Assembly: GCF_963921235.1 (NCBI RefSeq)
Contig: NC_086107.1
Span: 112,160,001-112,224,000, forward strand
DNA from: Mobula hypostoma
Taxonomy: Eukaryota
Length of the DNA stretch: 64,000 bases
Reading direction: 5' to 3'
Position numbers and translations under genes: made by a program. Positions 24,938 to 35,592 of this stretch are shown here, one piece after another; within the stretch, counting starts at the first letter, position 1; every line of letters begins with the position of its first letter. Below the pieces are notes generated by a model, which worked only from the letters and a program-made list of their open reading frames with translations, searched no databases and was not told the origin of the DNA.

Positions 24938-25860
24938 CCATAGTCATAGTCATACTTTATTGATCCCGAGGGAAATTGGTATTTGTTACAGTTGCACCAT
25001 AAATAATAAATATTAATAGAAATAGTAATAGTAATATTACAATTAGAAAATAGTAATATGTAAATTATGCCAGTAAATTATGAAAGGTCCAGGACCAGCC
25101 TATCGGCTCAGGGTGTCTGACCCTCCAAGGGAGGAGTTGTAAAGTTTGATGGCCACAGGCAGGAATGACTTCCTATGACGCTCTGTGCTGCATCTCGGTG
25201 GAATGAGTCTCTGGCTGAATGTACTCCTGTGCCCACCCAGTACATTATGTAGTGGATGGGAGACATTGACCAAGATGGCATGCAACTTAGACAGCATCCT
25301 CTTTTCAGACACCACCGTCAGAGAGTCCAGTTCCATTCCCACAACATCACTGGCCTTACGAATGAGTTTGTTGATTCTGTTGGTGTCTGCTACCCTCAGC
25401 CTGCTGCCCCAGCACACAACAGCAAACACGATCGCACTGGCCACCACAGACTCATAGAACATCCTCAGCGTCGTCCGGCAGATGTTAAAGGACCTCAGTC
25501 TCCTCAGGGAATAGAGACGGCTCTGACCCTTCTTGTAGACAGCCTCAGTGTTCTTTGACCAGTCTAGTTTATTGTCAATTCGTATCCTCAGGTATTTGTA
25601 ATCCTCCACCATGTCCACACTGACCCCCTAGATGGAAACAGGGGTCACCAGTACCTTAGCCTTCCTCAGGTCTACCACCAGCTCCTTAGTCTTTTTCACA
25701 TGAAGCTGCAGATAATTCTGCTCACAGCATGTGACAAAGTTTCCTACCGTAGCCCTGTACTCAGCCTCATCTCCCTTGCTGATGCATCCAACTATGGCAG
25801 AGTCATCCGAAAACTTCTGAAGATGAGAAGACTCTGTAGTAGTTGAAGTCTGAGGTGTAG
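24938..25860 (-). mobile_element. Young Rex1/Babar LINE, 5'-truncated
   Basis: ORF pieces 25100-25618 and 25628-25850 (HLQKFSDDSAIVGCISKGDE…). (ACTATG)n tail. Confidence 0.9.
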
Positions 25861-26077
25861 ATGTAGATGTACTTGGTAAGTAGATGGATGTACCATCCAT
25901 GTACTTATCCAAACTTCTTTTAATTGTTGAAATCGACCCCATATCCACCACATCCACTGCCGGCCTGTTCCAAACTCTCACCATCCTCTGAGTGAAGGTG
26001 TGCCCCCTCAGGTTCTCGATATTTTATCTTTCACCCTTAGTCATTAGTTCTAGTCTCACCCAACCTCAGTGGAAAAA

Positions 26078-26426
26078 CGAGGAAATCTGCAGATGCTGGA
26101 ATTTCAAGCAACACACATAAAAATTGCTGGTGAACGCAGCAGGCCAGACAGCAACTCTAGGAAGAGGTACAATCGACATTTCGGGCCCAGACCCTTTGCA
26201 GGACTAACTAAAAGAAGAGCTAGTAAGAGATTTGAGAGGGGGAGGGGAGGGGAGGGGACGATCCTGTCATTTTGGATCTCCCCCTCCCTCTCCCACTTTC
26301 AAATCTCTTGCTATCTCTTCTTTCAGTTAGTCCTGACGAAAGGTCTCGGCCCGAAACGTCAACTGTACCTCTTCCTAGAGATGCTGCCTGGCCTGCTGCG
26401 TTCACCAGTAACTTTTATGTGTGTTG
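26078..26426. mobile_element. Inverted pair of Penelope pseudo-LTR ends with hammerhead motifs
   Basis: 26107-26255 is the reverse complement of 26278-26428. 13-bp TSD ctcagtggaaaaa (26065-26077 and 26427-26439). Confidence 0.85.
26329..26364 (+). ncRNA. Minimal type-I hammerhead ribozyme motif (Penelope-type)
   Basis: AGTC-CTGACGA-AAGGTCTCGGCCC-GAAA-CG-TC-AACT. Intact core and palindromic ACGT helix III, with single mismatches in stems I and II. Confidence 0.7.
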
Positions 26427-28197
26427 CTCAGTGGAAAAAGCCTGCTTGCATTTCATCATTATGTGCTGTGTTGTATGACGTGGGAGATCATGGTCTTTGA
26501 TTGTCTGCCTGGTGTCAGCAGTTGCATAACCAGGACTTGTGACATGCCCCAGCTGCTCATATGACCATCCACCACCTGCTTCCATGGCTTCACCTGATCC
26601 TGATCAGGGGGCTAAGCAGGTGCTACACCTTGTCCAAGGGTGACCTGCAAGCTAGTGGAGGGAAGGAGTGCCTTACACCTCCTTTGGTAGAGACGTACCT
26701 CCATCCTGCCACCAAAATACTTGCATTTACCCGAACTATCCCCCTCATAGTTTTGTATACTTCTATCAAGTCTCCCCTCGGTCTTCTATGTTCTAGGGAA
26801 TAAAGTACTAACCTATTCTGCCTTTCCCTATAACTCAGGTCTTCAAGTCCCAGTAACATCCTTGTAAATTATCTCTGTAATCTTTCAGCCTTATTTACAT
26901 CTTTTCTGAAGGTTGGTGACCAAAACTGAACACAATTCTCCAAATTAGGCCTCACCAATGTCTTATACAACTTCAACGAAACATCCCATCTCCTGTACTC
27001 ATACTTTGATTTATGAAGGCCAATCTGCCAAAAGCTTTCTTTACGACCCTATCTACCTCTGACTCCACTTTCAAGGAATTATTGCTCTGTATTTGCAGAT
27101 CCCTCCGTTCTACCACACTCCTCAGTGCCCTACCGCTGACTGTGTAAGACCTACCCTGGTTAGTCCTCTCAAAGTGCAACTTGCCTGTATTAAGTTCGAT
27201 CTGCCATTTTTCCAGCCGGTCCAGATGCCGCTGCAAACTTCGATGATCTTCCTCACTGACCACTACACTTCCATTCTTGGTGTCATCCATAAATTTGCTG
27301 ATCCAGTTAACCACATTATCACCCAGATAGATTCTTGATTAGTCAGGGTGTCAAAGGTTGTGGGGAGAAGGCAGGAGAATGGGGTTGAGAGGGATAATAA
27401 ATCAGCCATGGCGGAATGGCAGAGGGGAACTGATGGGCCAAATGGCCTAATTCTACTCCTTTGTCCTGTGGTCTTATTTCCAGTTAAGGCACCGAGGTGC
27501 TCTGTATCAATCGTTCATCAGACTTTTGGATTCTCACATCACCACCGGCCCGCAGTATAGCAACATCATATGCTCGTATGTCTTGTGGATAAAGAACTAT
27601 GGGGATTTCTGAGTGGTCGGTCGAGGATTATCCGAGTCTTGCAGTGCTTGCTGTTTGAACTCTGGCACGTTGGCCATATTTAAAACAGTCCAGTTGTTTA
27701 ATGATTACCAATGCTGATGCTGGATATAAGAGAATTTCAATTCCTTGCCATCTCTGCTTCAATTTAAACATGTGCCTCCAGATCAATAATTTCAAGGCTC
27801 TGAAGTTATTGATCCGGAGGTACGTGGATGGAAAGCCATTAAGGTTTCCAGGTGACACTAAGAAGACAGCTCAAAGGGGATTGAGTTCATCCGGCAGTAT
27901 TTCTCAACTGTTGATAAGAAGAGGGAACGTATTCTACACCTGATCTCTGGGTGATTTTTTTTTTAATGGAACAAGTTCTGACAATGTGGAATGTACTGCC
28001 TGGAAAGGTAATACAAGAAAAGTCAACAATAAAACCACCTGTGCAGAATTAGGCCATTCGACCCGTCAAGTCGACTCTGCCATTATGGTTGAATTATTAT
28101 CCCTCTCAACCCCACTCTCCCGCCTTCTTTCCATAACCTTCGACTCCTACAATGATCAAGATCCTACCAACCTCCGCTTTAAATATACTCAATGACT

Positions 28198-28380
28198 TAG
28201 TCATAGTCATACTTTATCGATCCCGGGGATAAATAATTAAATAGTAATAAAACCATAAATAGTTAAATAGTAATATGTAAATTGTGCCAGGAAATATGTC
28301 CAGGACCAACCTATTTGCTCAGGGTGTCTGACCCTCCAAGGGAGGAGTTGTAAAGTTTAATGGCCACAGGCAGGAATGAC
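28198..28380 (-). mobile_element. Young Rex1/Babar LINE, short 3' fragment
   Basis: Same 3' UTR and (ACTATG)n tail as the other three copies. Confidence 0.85.
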
Positions 28381-30463
28381 CTCATCCATCTGTGGCAATG
28401 AATTCCACAGATTCACCACCAGGCTAAAGAAACTCCTGCTCTAAGGGGCCATCCCTCTATTCTGCGGCTGTGCTCTCCAGTCCTTGACTCACCCACTACA
28501 GGAAACATCCACTCCATCTAGGCCTTTCGATATACAATAGATTTCAGTAAGATCACGCCTCATTCTTCTAAACTCCAGTGGGTACAGGTTCAGAGCCATC
28601 AAACACTCCTCGTACATTAAACCTTCTGTTCCCGGAATAATTCTCCTGAATCTCCCGTGGGCCCTCTCCAGTGCCAGTTCATCTTTGCTTAAAGAGGCCT
28701 GTTAAGGAGGTAAAGAAATCCCTCCTCATCTCTGTTCTGAAGGGCTGTCCCTCTATTCTGAGGCTGTGCCCTCTGGTCCTAAACTCCTCCTCTATAGAAA
28801 ACATCCTCTTCACATCCACTCTATTGAGCCCTTTCAATATTCGATGGGTTTCAATGAGAGTAGGAAGCTTGAGTAATGAGGTAGAAAGCAAGGACAGGAA
28901 CCTAATCTTATTCAAGGGAGTTTAACCCCAGTCTCTGCCTGTACTGTATCTGCGTGGTAATATTCCAGAGAAAGAGGCCCAAAACTGCTCACAGTAAAGA
29001 GAGGAGGTTGTAAAGACCAACACCCTACACCAGTGGATGCTTTACCTTTGATTGTTCTGCCGACCAGATTAAATCACAAACTATTGCTTATTTGGCACTC
29101 TGCTGTGCAGAGTTATGGCTGCTCTTCAGAGTACCTTGGTGGCTGAGGAGTGTTTTAGCAATATTGTGGGCTTGAAAGTTGTACAAGTGAAAGAGTTTTC
29201 TTGAATAACATTTGGACATCTTGTTTTCTCACATTAATTTTGGACCCCCTTCATCTAATGAGATAACAAGTGTTTCTGCACCCAGTGTCCATGTTCTCTG
29301 TTTACAATACTGTTAAATCATTGTGGGGGGGGGGGTGCACTTCACAACTCTGAAAGGATAGAAGCCTTTTGTCTCATAGCTTTCAGCTTTGGCTGTTGCT
29401 CTCTCCCATAGCCTAGCATTGCTTTACGTTTTTCCAGTTTGTTCTATTTAGTGATACAGCACGGTGACAGGCTCTTTTCCAGCCCGACAATTCATGCGGC
29501 CCAGCAGCCCTCGATTTAACCCTAGGCTAATCATAGGACCAGAGTCCAATTAATCTACAAACTGGTACATCTTAGGGATGGGGGAGGAAACCAGAGCACC
29601 TGGTAGAAACCCACGTGCGTAAAGGAAGTGCATACTTAAAGAGGGCGCTGGAATTGAACTCCAAACTCCGATGCCCCCCAGCTGTAATAACGTCACACTA
29701 ACCGCTACGCTACTGTGGTGCAGCAGTTTTTATGGATTTTGCACTTGTTTCCCTTTCAGATGGTACATTGATTGTCATAGTTTGCTATGTTTTTTGTTTA
29801 AAAAATTCCCAGCTTCTTTCATGTTTCTTTTCTACTTCAAAGTTTGAAGTACATTTAATATCAATGTATGTATACATTATTCACTCTTGAGATTCCTCTC
29901 CTTACAGTCAGCCACAAAACAAAGAAACTATATAAGAACCCATTTTTAAAAAAAGACCCTCAAACACCCAATGTGCAGAGATTAAAAAAGCAAGTATGCA
30001 AACAATAAACGCAAACAAATCGTGTTCTGAACTGAAGACAACAAAGGCAGTCCTGTCCACAGACCCTTAGTTCAGTGCAGAGCAGAGCAACGAGCTGAAC
30101 CGGTCCATCCCTCACCTCCGGTCCCAAAACCCTGACCTTTACAGTCTGGCCCAGTGCCTAAATCATCATCAAAACCCTGGGTTCAGTTGCTTCAATACAC
30201 TGTGGGCCTGAACCCCGCTACCTTGACTCAGCCTGTACCTGACCTTCCCAATTTTGGACAGGTGCCTAAATTGACTGAACCTCAGGTCTTCCTCACCCTC
30301 AGCGAGGGGCCCACTGCCTCACCTTTGTTCCGCCACATCAAATTGCCTCCAAGTCCAAAGGGAAGTTACAGACCATTACTTGCAATGATTGTTTACCAGA
30401 AAAAAAGTGCTTAACAAATTACTTAAATGTTAAAAAAGAAATAAATCTAATTTCTTCTCCCAC

Positions 30464-30965
30464 CAGTCAGTCAGTCAGTCAGTCGGTGCCGTCCCGAATC
30501 TGGGGTGGGCGGCTATGCACCTCCATCTTCCTCGATCTTGCGACAGCACTAAGTACAGCCTCTCCTCCAGTTTGTTCTCGCTGGCCGCCTTGGCACTGCC
30601 CGCCACCGCCCCTGCCGAACTCAAGCCCGAGGCTATGTCGGCTTCCAGCTGCAGCCGCTTCTTCAAGCTTGGCCCTTCCTTAGGCGGAGGCCTTGGGCAG
30701 GTCCAGGCACACGGTGCAGCGCCCAAGTTCATCATGTCTCTTCTAAGTCCTTAGCATACGATTCGTAGATACGTGGTGAGGCTTTAATCTCTTCCACGGA
30801 AGATGGCCGTTGGCTCACAAGGAGCTCATCCGCCCTTTGTCAGGTCTTGTTGTTTTTAGTCCTGCTGGGTGTCCTCCCACCCTCCTCACCAAACTCAGTC
30901 CGGTGGGGGAGCCGGCCCAAGTTGCCGACCACTCGACCACGGCCCCTGGCCGAGCGCCGGTATCC
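30464..30965 (-). mobile_element. Non-autonomous RTE-like retroelement hosting the ZFTRAF1 fragment
   Basis: 3' end encodes DMMNLAQDRGRWRCIAAHP (RTE-type A.DR..WR tail) once the insert is removed. (ACTG)n tail at 30464-30484 and a GC-rich 5' part. Confidence 0.6.
30543..30720 (-). pseudogene. ZFTRAF1: Circularly permuted fragment of ZFTRAF1/CYHR1 N-terminal coding sequence
   Basis: The minus strand reads (C)[10 protein letters not shown] (30720-30679), then EGPSLKKRLQLE…ENKLEERLYLVL (30678-30543). The native order, as recalled, is KKRL…[25 protein letters not shown]. Confidence 0.8.
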
Positions 30966-31289
30966 CTTTGTTATTGTGTGATTTGGCCATCACCATAGCA
31001 ACCCACCAAAGATTCTTTCATACCTCCTCCCAAATCCATTATCCTCTCCACCAAGATATCTGTGTACTGCCACCATCTATAAAATTCCTTAAGAAGTGCA
31101 TACTATTCCGACTTTGACACAGATCACTGATCCTTCATCCTATGTGGGATAAAATCTCAGAATCATTATTCCAACAGTATTGAGGAGTACTTGAAGTATT
31201 TAAGTGGGCAGGACATAGGTGATCAGGAATTGACAGTCAATTGCCTCATTGCCAGCAAAGATGTGCTGTCTAGTTACTGTCTAGATGTG

Positions 31290-31325
31290 AGTCCTGACGA
31301 AGGGTCTCGGCCTGAAACATCGACT
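31290..31325 (+). ncRNA. Minimal type-I hammerhead ribozyme motif (Penelope-type)
   Basis: AGTC-CTGACGA-AGGGTCTCGGCCT-GAAA-CA-TC-GACT. Intact CUGANGA, GAAA and UH core, and a perfect AGTC/GACT stem I. Confidence 0.72.
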
Positions 31326-31493
31326 GCACCTCTTCCTAGAGATCTGCCTGGCCTGCTGCGTTCACCAGCAACTTTTATGTGTGTTGCTGTCTAGTTACTA
31401 GTCATCTTGACAGTAGAAACCATTTCTTGTTGATTCCTCTCATCAAAGCCCCTTGAAATCTATCCAATTTATTCCCTATTCCTTTTATCTTAG

Positions 31494-31597
31494 GGACTAT
31501 GTCACAGCATCCGTCGGGAAGTGTGGAAATTCCTGCTGGGATACTACCCCTGGGGCAGTACAGCCGAGGAACGCAAAGTTATGGTAAAGCAAAAAAC
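31494..31597 (+). CDS. TBC1D17: TBC1D17 exon 9 (GLCHSIRREVWKFLLGYYPWGSTAEERKVMVKQKT), start of TBC domain
   Basis: ttag| and |gtaagc, 104 nt, phase 0-2. RxxxW motif A. Confidence 0.95.
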
Positions 31598-33221
31598 GTA
31601 AGCGGCAACTCTACTTGTGACCCTACATTGGAAAAAGTGAAGAGAGGAGGCAACGGGGTTGTTTGTGTGTGGAAGCATGAGTGGTCGGGCAAGAGGTTTT
31701 CCCAGGGGAGGGCAACTGGAGGGTTGATGGAATTCACGAGTAATGCATTGGGACGCGGACACATTTTTCAATCTGATTTGTGATAACAGGCTGAAACTTT
31801 ACCCTCTTTGTTATCTAACTATGTACACCTTAAATGCAGTAAGCCCCAGCAAGTTCTAAGCTGCTGTAAAGCACCAGGAGCCACTGAGTTCAGTGCAAAG
31901 TGGCTCCGATATGGTTTAACAAAAAACTATCATTAATACGTTGTTTTAAAGATTTGCTTCATTCGTACATGGAAGAGTGCAATGAAATGCATCAAATCAA
32001 ATTAGGATATGCTGAGGGAAGCTGAGGGAACACGATTCCAATGCCAGCATAGCATGCTTGTGGTTTACTAACCGTAACCCGGATGTGGGGCAGGGAAACT
32101 CAAAAGAAACCATGGGGAGAATATTCAGATTCCATGCAGATAGCGACTGGAATCAGTGATCGCTGGCACTATCAACTAACTGCGTTAACCACAATGCAAC
32201 CATGCCGCCTGGTGGATGAAGGCATCTTATAGGACTGCACACTAGCTCTCTGTAACAGAAATGCCATCAGATCAAAGAGATACTATGAGAGGGTCTAAGT
32301 GATTGGAAGTATAAGATCGTTAAGATATAGGAGCGAAATTAGGTCATTTGGCTCATCGAGTCTGCTCCGCCATTTCATCATGGCTGATTCATTTTTGCTG
32401 TTAGCCCCAATCCCATGCCTTCTCCCCATATCCCTTCATGCCCTGACTAAGCAAGAACCTATCAACCTCTGCCTTAAATATACATAAAGACTTGGCCTCC
32501 ACAGTCACCTATGGCAAAGAATTCCACAGATACACCAGTCTCTAGCTAAAGAAATTCCTCCTCTGTTCTAAAGGAACTCCCTTCTATCCTGAGGCTGTGT
32601 CCTCTGGCCCGACACTCTCTTTCCATAAGAAACATCCTCTCCACATCCACTCTATCAAGACCTTTCACCATTCAATAGGTTTCAATTAGGTCACCCCTCA
32701 TTCATCTGAATTCAAGAACAATCCCGCCAAAAAGCGCTCTTCATGTGGCAAGCCGTTCAATGCTGGAATCGGTTTTGTGAACCTTCTTTGAATCCTCTCC
32801 AGTGTCAGTAGATCCTTTCTAAGATAAGGGGCCCAAAACTGTTTGCAACACCCCAAGTGAGGCCTCACCAGTGCTTACTAAAGCCTCAACATTACATATA
32901 CTTAAGGTTTTCGAGGAGTACTGAGATCTTGGTTACAGGTGACATGGGATGAAGAACGGAGAACAGGAGGAATCTTGCTGTGTAACTGATAATACAAAGA
33001 GCCTTTTAAACCAGATAGTAATGAGCTGAGAGCCATATGGGATGGTGTTGCTGTACTTCTATCTGGCCATGGTGTGCTTGAATCCCTGTACAGAGCTGCC
33101 TTTATTAATCCTTGTAACTCACACATGGTCGTCCAATCCCGCCAAGAAAGTAAGTTGCATCCGCAGAAGTTCTGTTCCACTCCGTGCAACAGGAAAGATA
33201 AACTATCGGTGATTTCTATAG

Positions 33222-33316
33222 AGATGAATATTTCCGGATGAAACTGCAGTGGAAATCAGTGACAGAGGATCAGGAACGTCGGAACTCCCTGCTACGGGCA
33301 TACAAGAGTCTGATTG
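33222..33316 (+). CDS. TBC1D17: TBC1D17 exon 10 (DEYFRMKLQWKSVTEDQERRNSLLRAYKSLI)
   Basis: atag| and |gtgagt, 95 nt, phase 2-1. Confidence 0.95.
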
Positions 33317-33419
33317 GTGAGTTTGTCAGAGAGAGGAGCAAACTTTCAAATCCTTCTACCGTAGTCAGAGATCAGAGGCACGTCATACGCAGGTGCCTTT
33401 GTATTGTCAGTGATCCCTC

Positions 33420-34092
33420 CCGTCCATCCAACAATTTCTTTCACCCCCCCCACCACCACCCAACAATCTCTTTGACCCCTGTCACCACCACCCAACAATC
33501 TCTTTGACCCCACCACCACCACCCAACAATATCTTTGACCCCCCCACTACCCAACAATCTCTTTGACCCCCCCACCACCCAACAATCTCTTTGACCCCCC
33601 ATCACCACCCAACAATCTCTTTGACCCCCCCCACCACCACTCAACAATCTCTTTGACCCCTGTCACCACCACTCAACAATCTCTTTGACCCCCCCACCAC
33701 CCAACAATCTCTTTGACCCCCCATCACCACCCAACAATCTCTGACCCCCCATCACCACCCAACAATCTCTTTGACCCCCCCATCACCACTCAACAATCTC
33801 TTTGACCCCTGTCACCACCACCCAACAATCTCTTTGACCCCCCCACCACCCAACAATCTCTTTGACCCCTCCATCACCACCCAACAATCTCTTTGACCCC
33901 CCACCACCCAACAATCTCTTTGACCCCTCCATCACCACCCAACAATCTCTTTGACCCCCCCACCACCCACCAATCTCTTTGACCCCCCCACCACCACCCA
34001 CCAATCTCTTTGAACCCCCACCACCACCCAACAATCTCTTTGACCCCCCCCACCACCCAACAATCTCTTTGACTTCCCCCACCACCAGCCAC
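33420..34092 (+). repeat. C-rich minisatellite (~29-33 bp unit, about 20 copies) inside a Rex1-type 3' fragment
   Basis: Unit ccaccacccaacaatctctttgacccc(n). Confidence 0.93.
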
Positions 34093-34715
34093 ATCAGGCA
34101 AGAGGTACTGTAACATTAGGATAAGGGCTCTTCGGTTAGGAAACAACTTCTTCCCCCAGGCTGTGAGATTACCGAACTCTCTGCCACCCAGTAAGTCTGC
34201 TCCACCCTTCCATCGTGGCTGATTCTTTATCCCCTTTCTCCTGCCTTCTCCACTTAACCTTTGATGTCCTGATTGATGAACCTATCAACCTCCGCTAAAA
34301 ATATACCCAATGGCTTGGCCTCCCTGTGGCAATCAATTTCACCGATTCACCACCCTCTGGCTGAAGAAATTCTTCCTCATCTCTGTTCTAAAGGGACCTT
34401 CTTGTATTCTGAGGCTGTGCCCTCTAGGTCCTAGACTGTCCCGTTATAGGAAACATCCTCTCCAGGTCCACGCTCTCTCAGCCTTTCTATATTTGATAGG
34501 TTTTAATGAGGTGCCCCCCTCATTCTTCTGAACTTCAATGAGTACAGCACTGATATGGTGAGGTCTGAATTGCACCACTGTTTGGAATCCTTTTTGCTAA
34601 CATGTTGGTCCAAATGGCTGCCAGTCCTATTTTGGGAACTGCATTAACTTGTTAACACTTAGTATTAGCATTAGGGACTGTGTGTTGGAATTAATTTTTT
34701 TTTCTCTCTCTGCAG

Positions 34716-34832
34716 AGCGGGATGTTAGTAGGACTGATCGCAACAACAAGTTCTACGAGGGGAATGACAACCCATGCCTGGTGCTGTTGAATGACGTGCT
34801 GATGACTTACTGCATGTACAACTTCGATCTAG
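34716..34832 (+). CDS. TBC1D17: TBC1D17 exon 11 (ERDVSRTDRNNKFYEGNDNPCLVLLNDVLMTYCMYNFDL), arginine finger IxxDxxR
   Basis: tgcag| and |gtaccc, 117 nt, phase 1-1. Confidence 0.95.
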
Positions 34833-34859
34833 GTACCCTGTCTTTTCATGCTCGTATGC

Positions 34860-34898
34860 AAGCAGACACACACACATTCACCCAGAGAGACAAGCAGG

Positions 34899-34929
<31 letters not shown>

Positions 34930-34954
34930 ATTCACCCAGAGAGACAAGCAGGCG

Positions 34955-35003
<49 letters not shown>

Positions 35004-35124
35004 AGGGAGACAAACAGACACACACACACACACACTCACCCAGGGAGACAAACAGACACACACACACACACACTCACCCAGGGAGACAAACAGACACACA
35101 CACACACCCAGGGAGACAAGCAGG

Positions 35125-35158
<34 letters not shown>

Positions 35159-35180
35159 TTCACCCAGAGAGACAAGCAGG

Positions 35181-35219
<39 letters not shown>

Positions 35220-35236
35220 AGAGAGACAAGCAGGCG

Positions 35237-35279
<43 letters not shown>

Positions 35280-35592
35280 CCAGGGAGACAAACAGACACA
35301 CACACACACACACACTCACCCAGGGAGACAAACAGGCACGCACACACACACACTCATCCAGAGAGACAAACAGGCACACACACACGCACGCAGAGACACA
35401 CACTCACCCAGAGAGACAAACAGACACACACACACACACACGCACGCACGCAGAGACACACACTCACCCAGAGAGACAAACAGGCACACACACACACGCA
35501 GAGACACACACACACCCACACACACTCACCCAGAGAGACAGACAGGCACGCGCACACACACGCACGGAGACAGATACACCCACACAGACGCA
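34860..35592 (+). repeat. Compound (CA)n minisatellite (cacccagRgagacaaRcag + CA runs)
   Basis: Directly visible. It is the source of the spurious THTH and CVCV ORFs. Confidence 0.95.

Noticed and set aside
30870..30965. Possible HDV-like ribozyme at the 5' end of the RTE-like element
   Set aside because: I can see a hairpin (aacttgg-g-ccgg…ccgg-a-ctgagtt on the minus strand) but could not build the nested double pseudoknot by eye. It needs a motif search.
33420..34092. Regularly spaced repeat resembling a CRISPR array
   Set aside because: There are no unique spacers and no cas genes, and the context is a vertebrate intron. It is a LINE-derived minisatellite.
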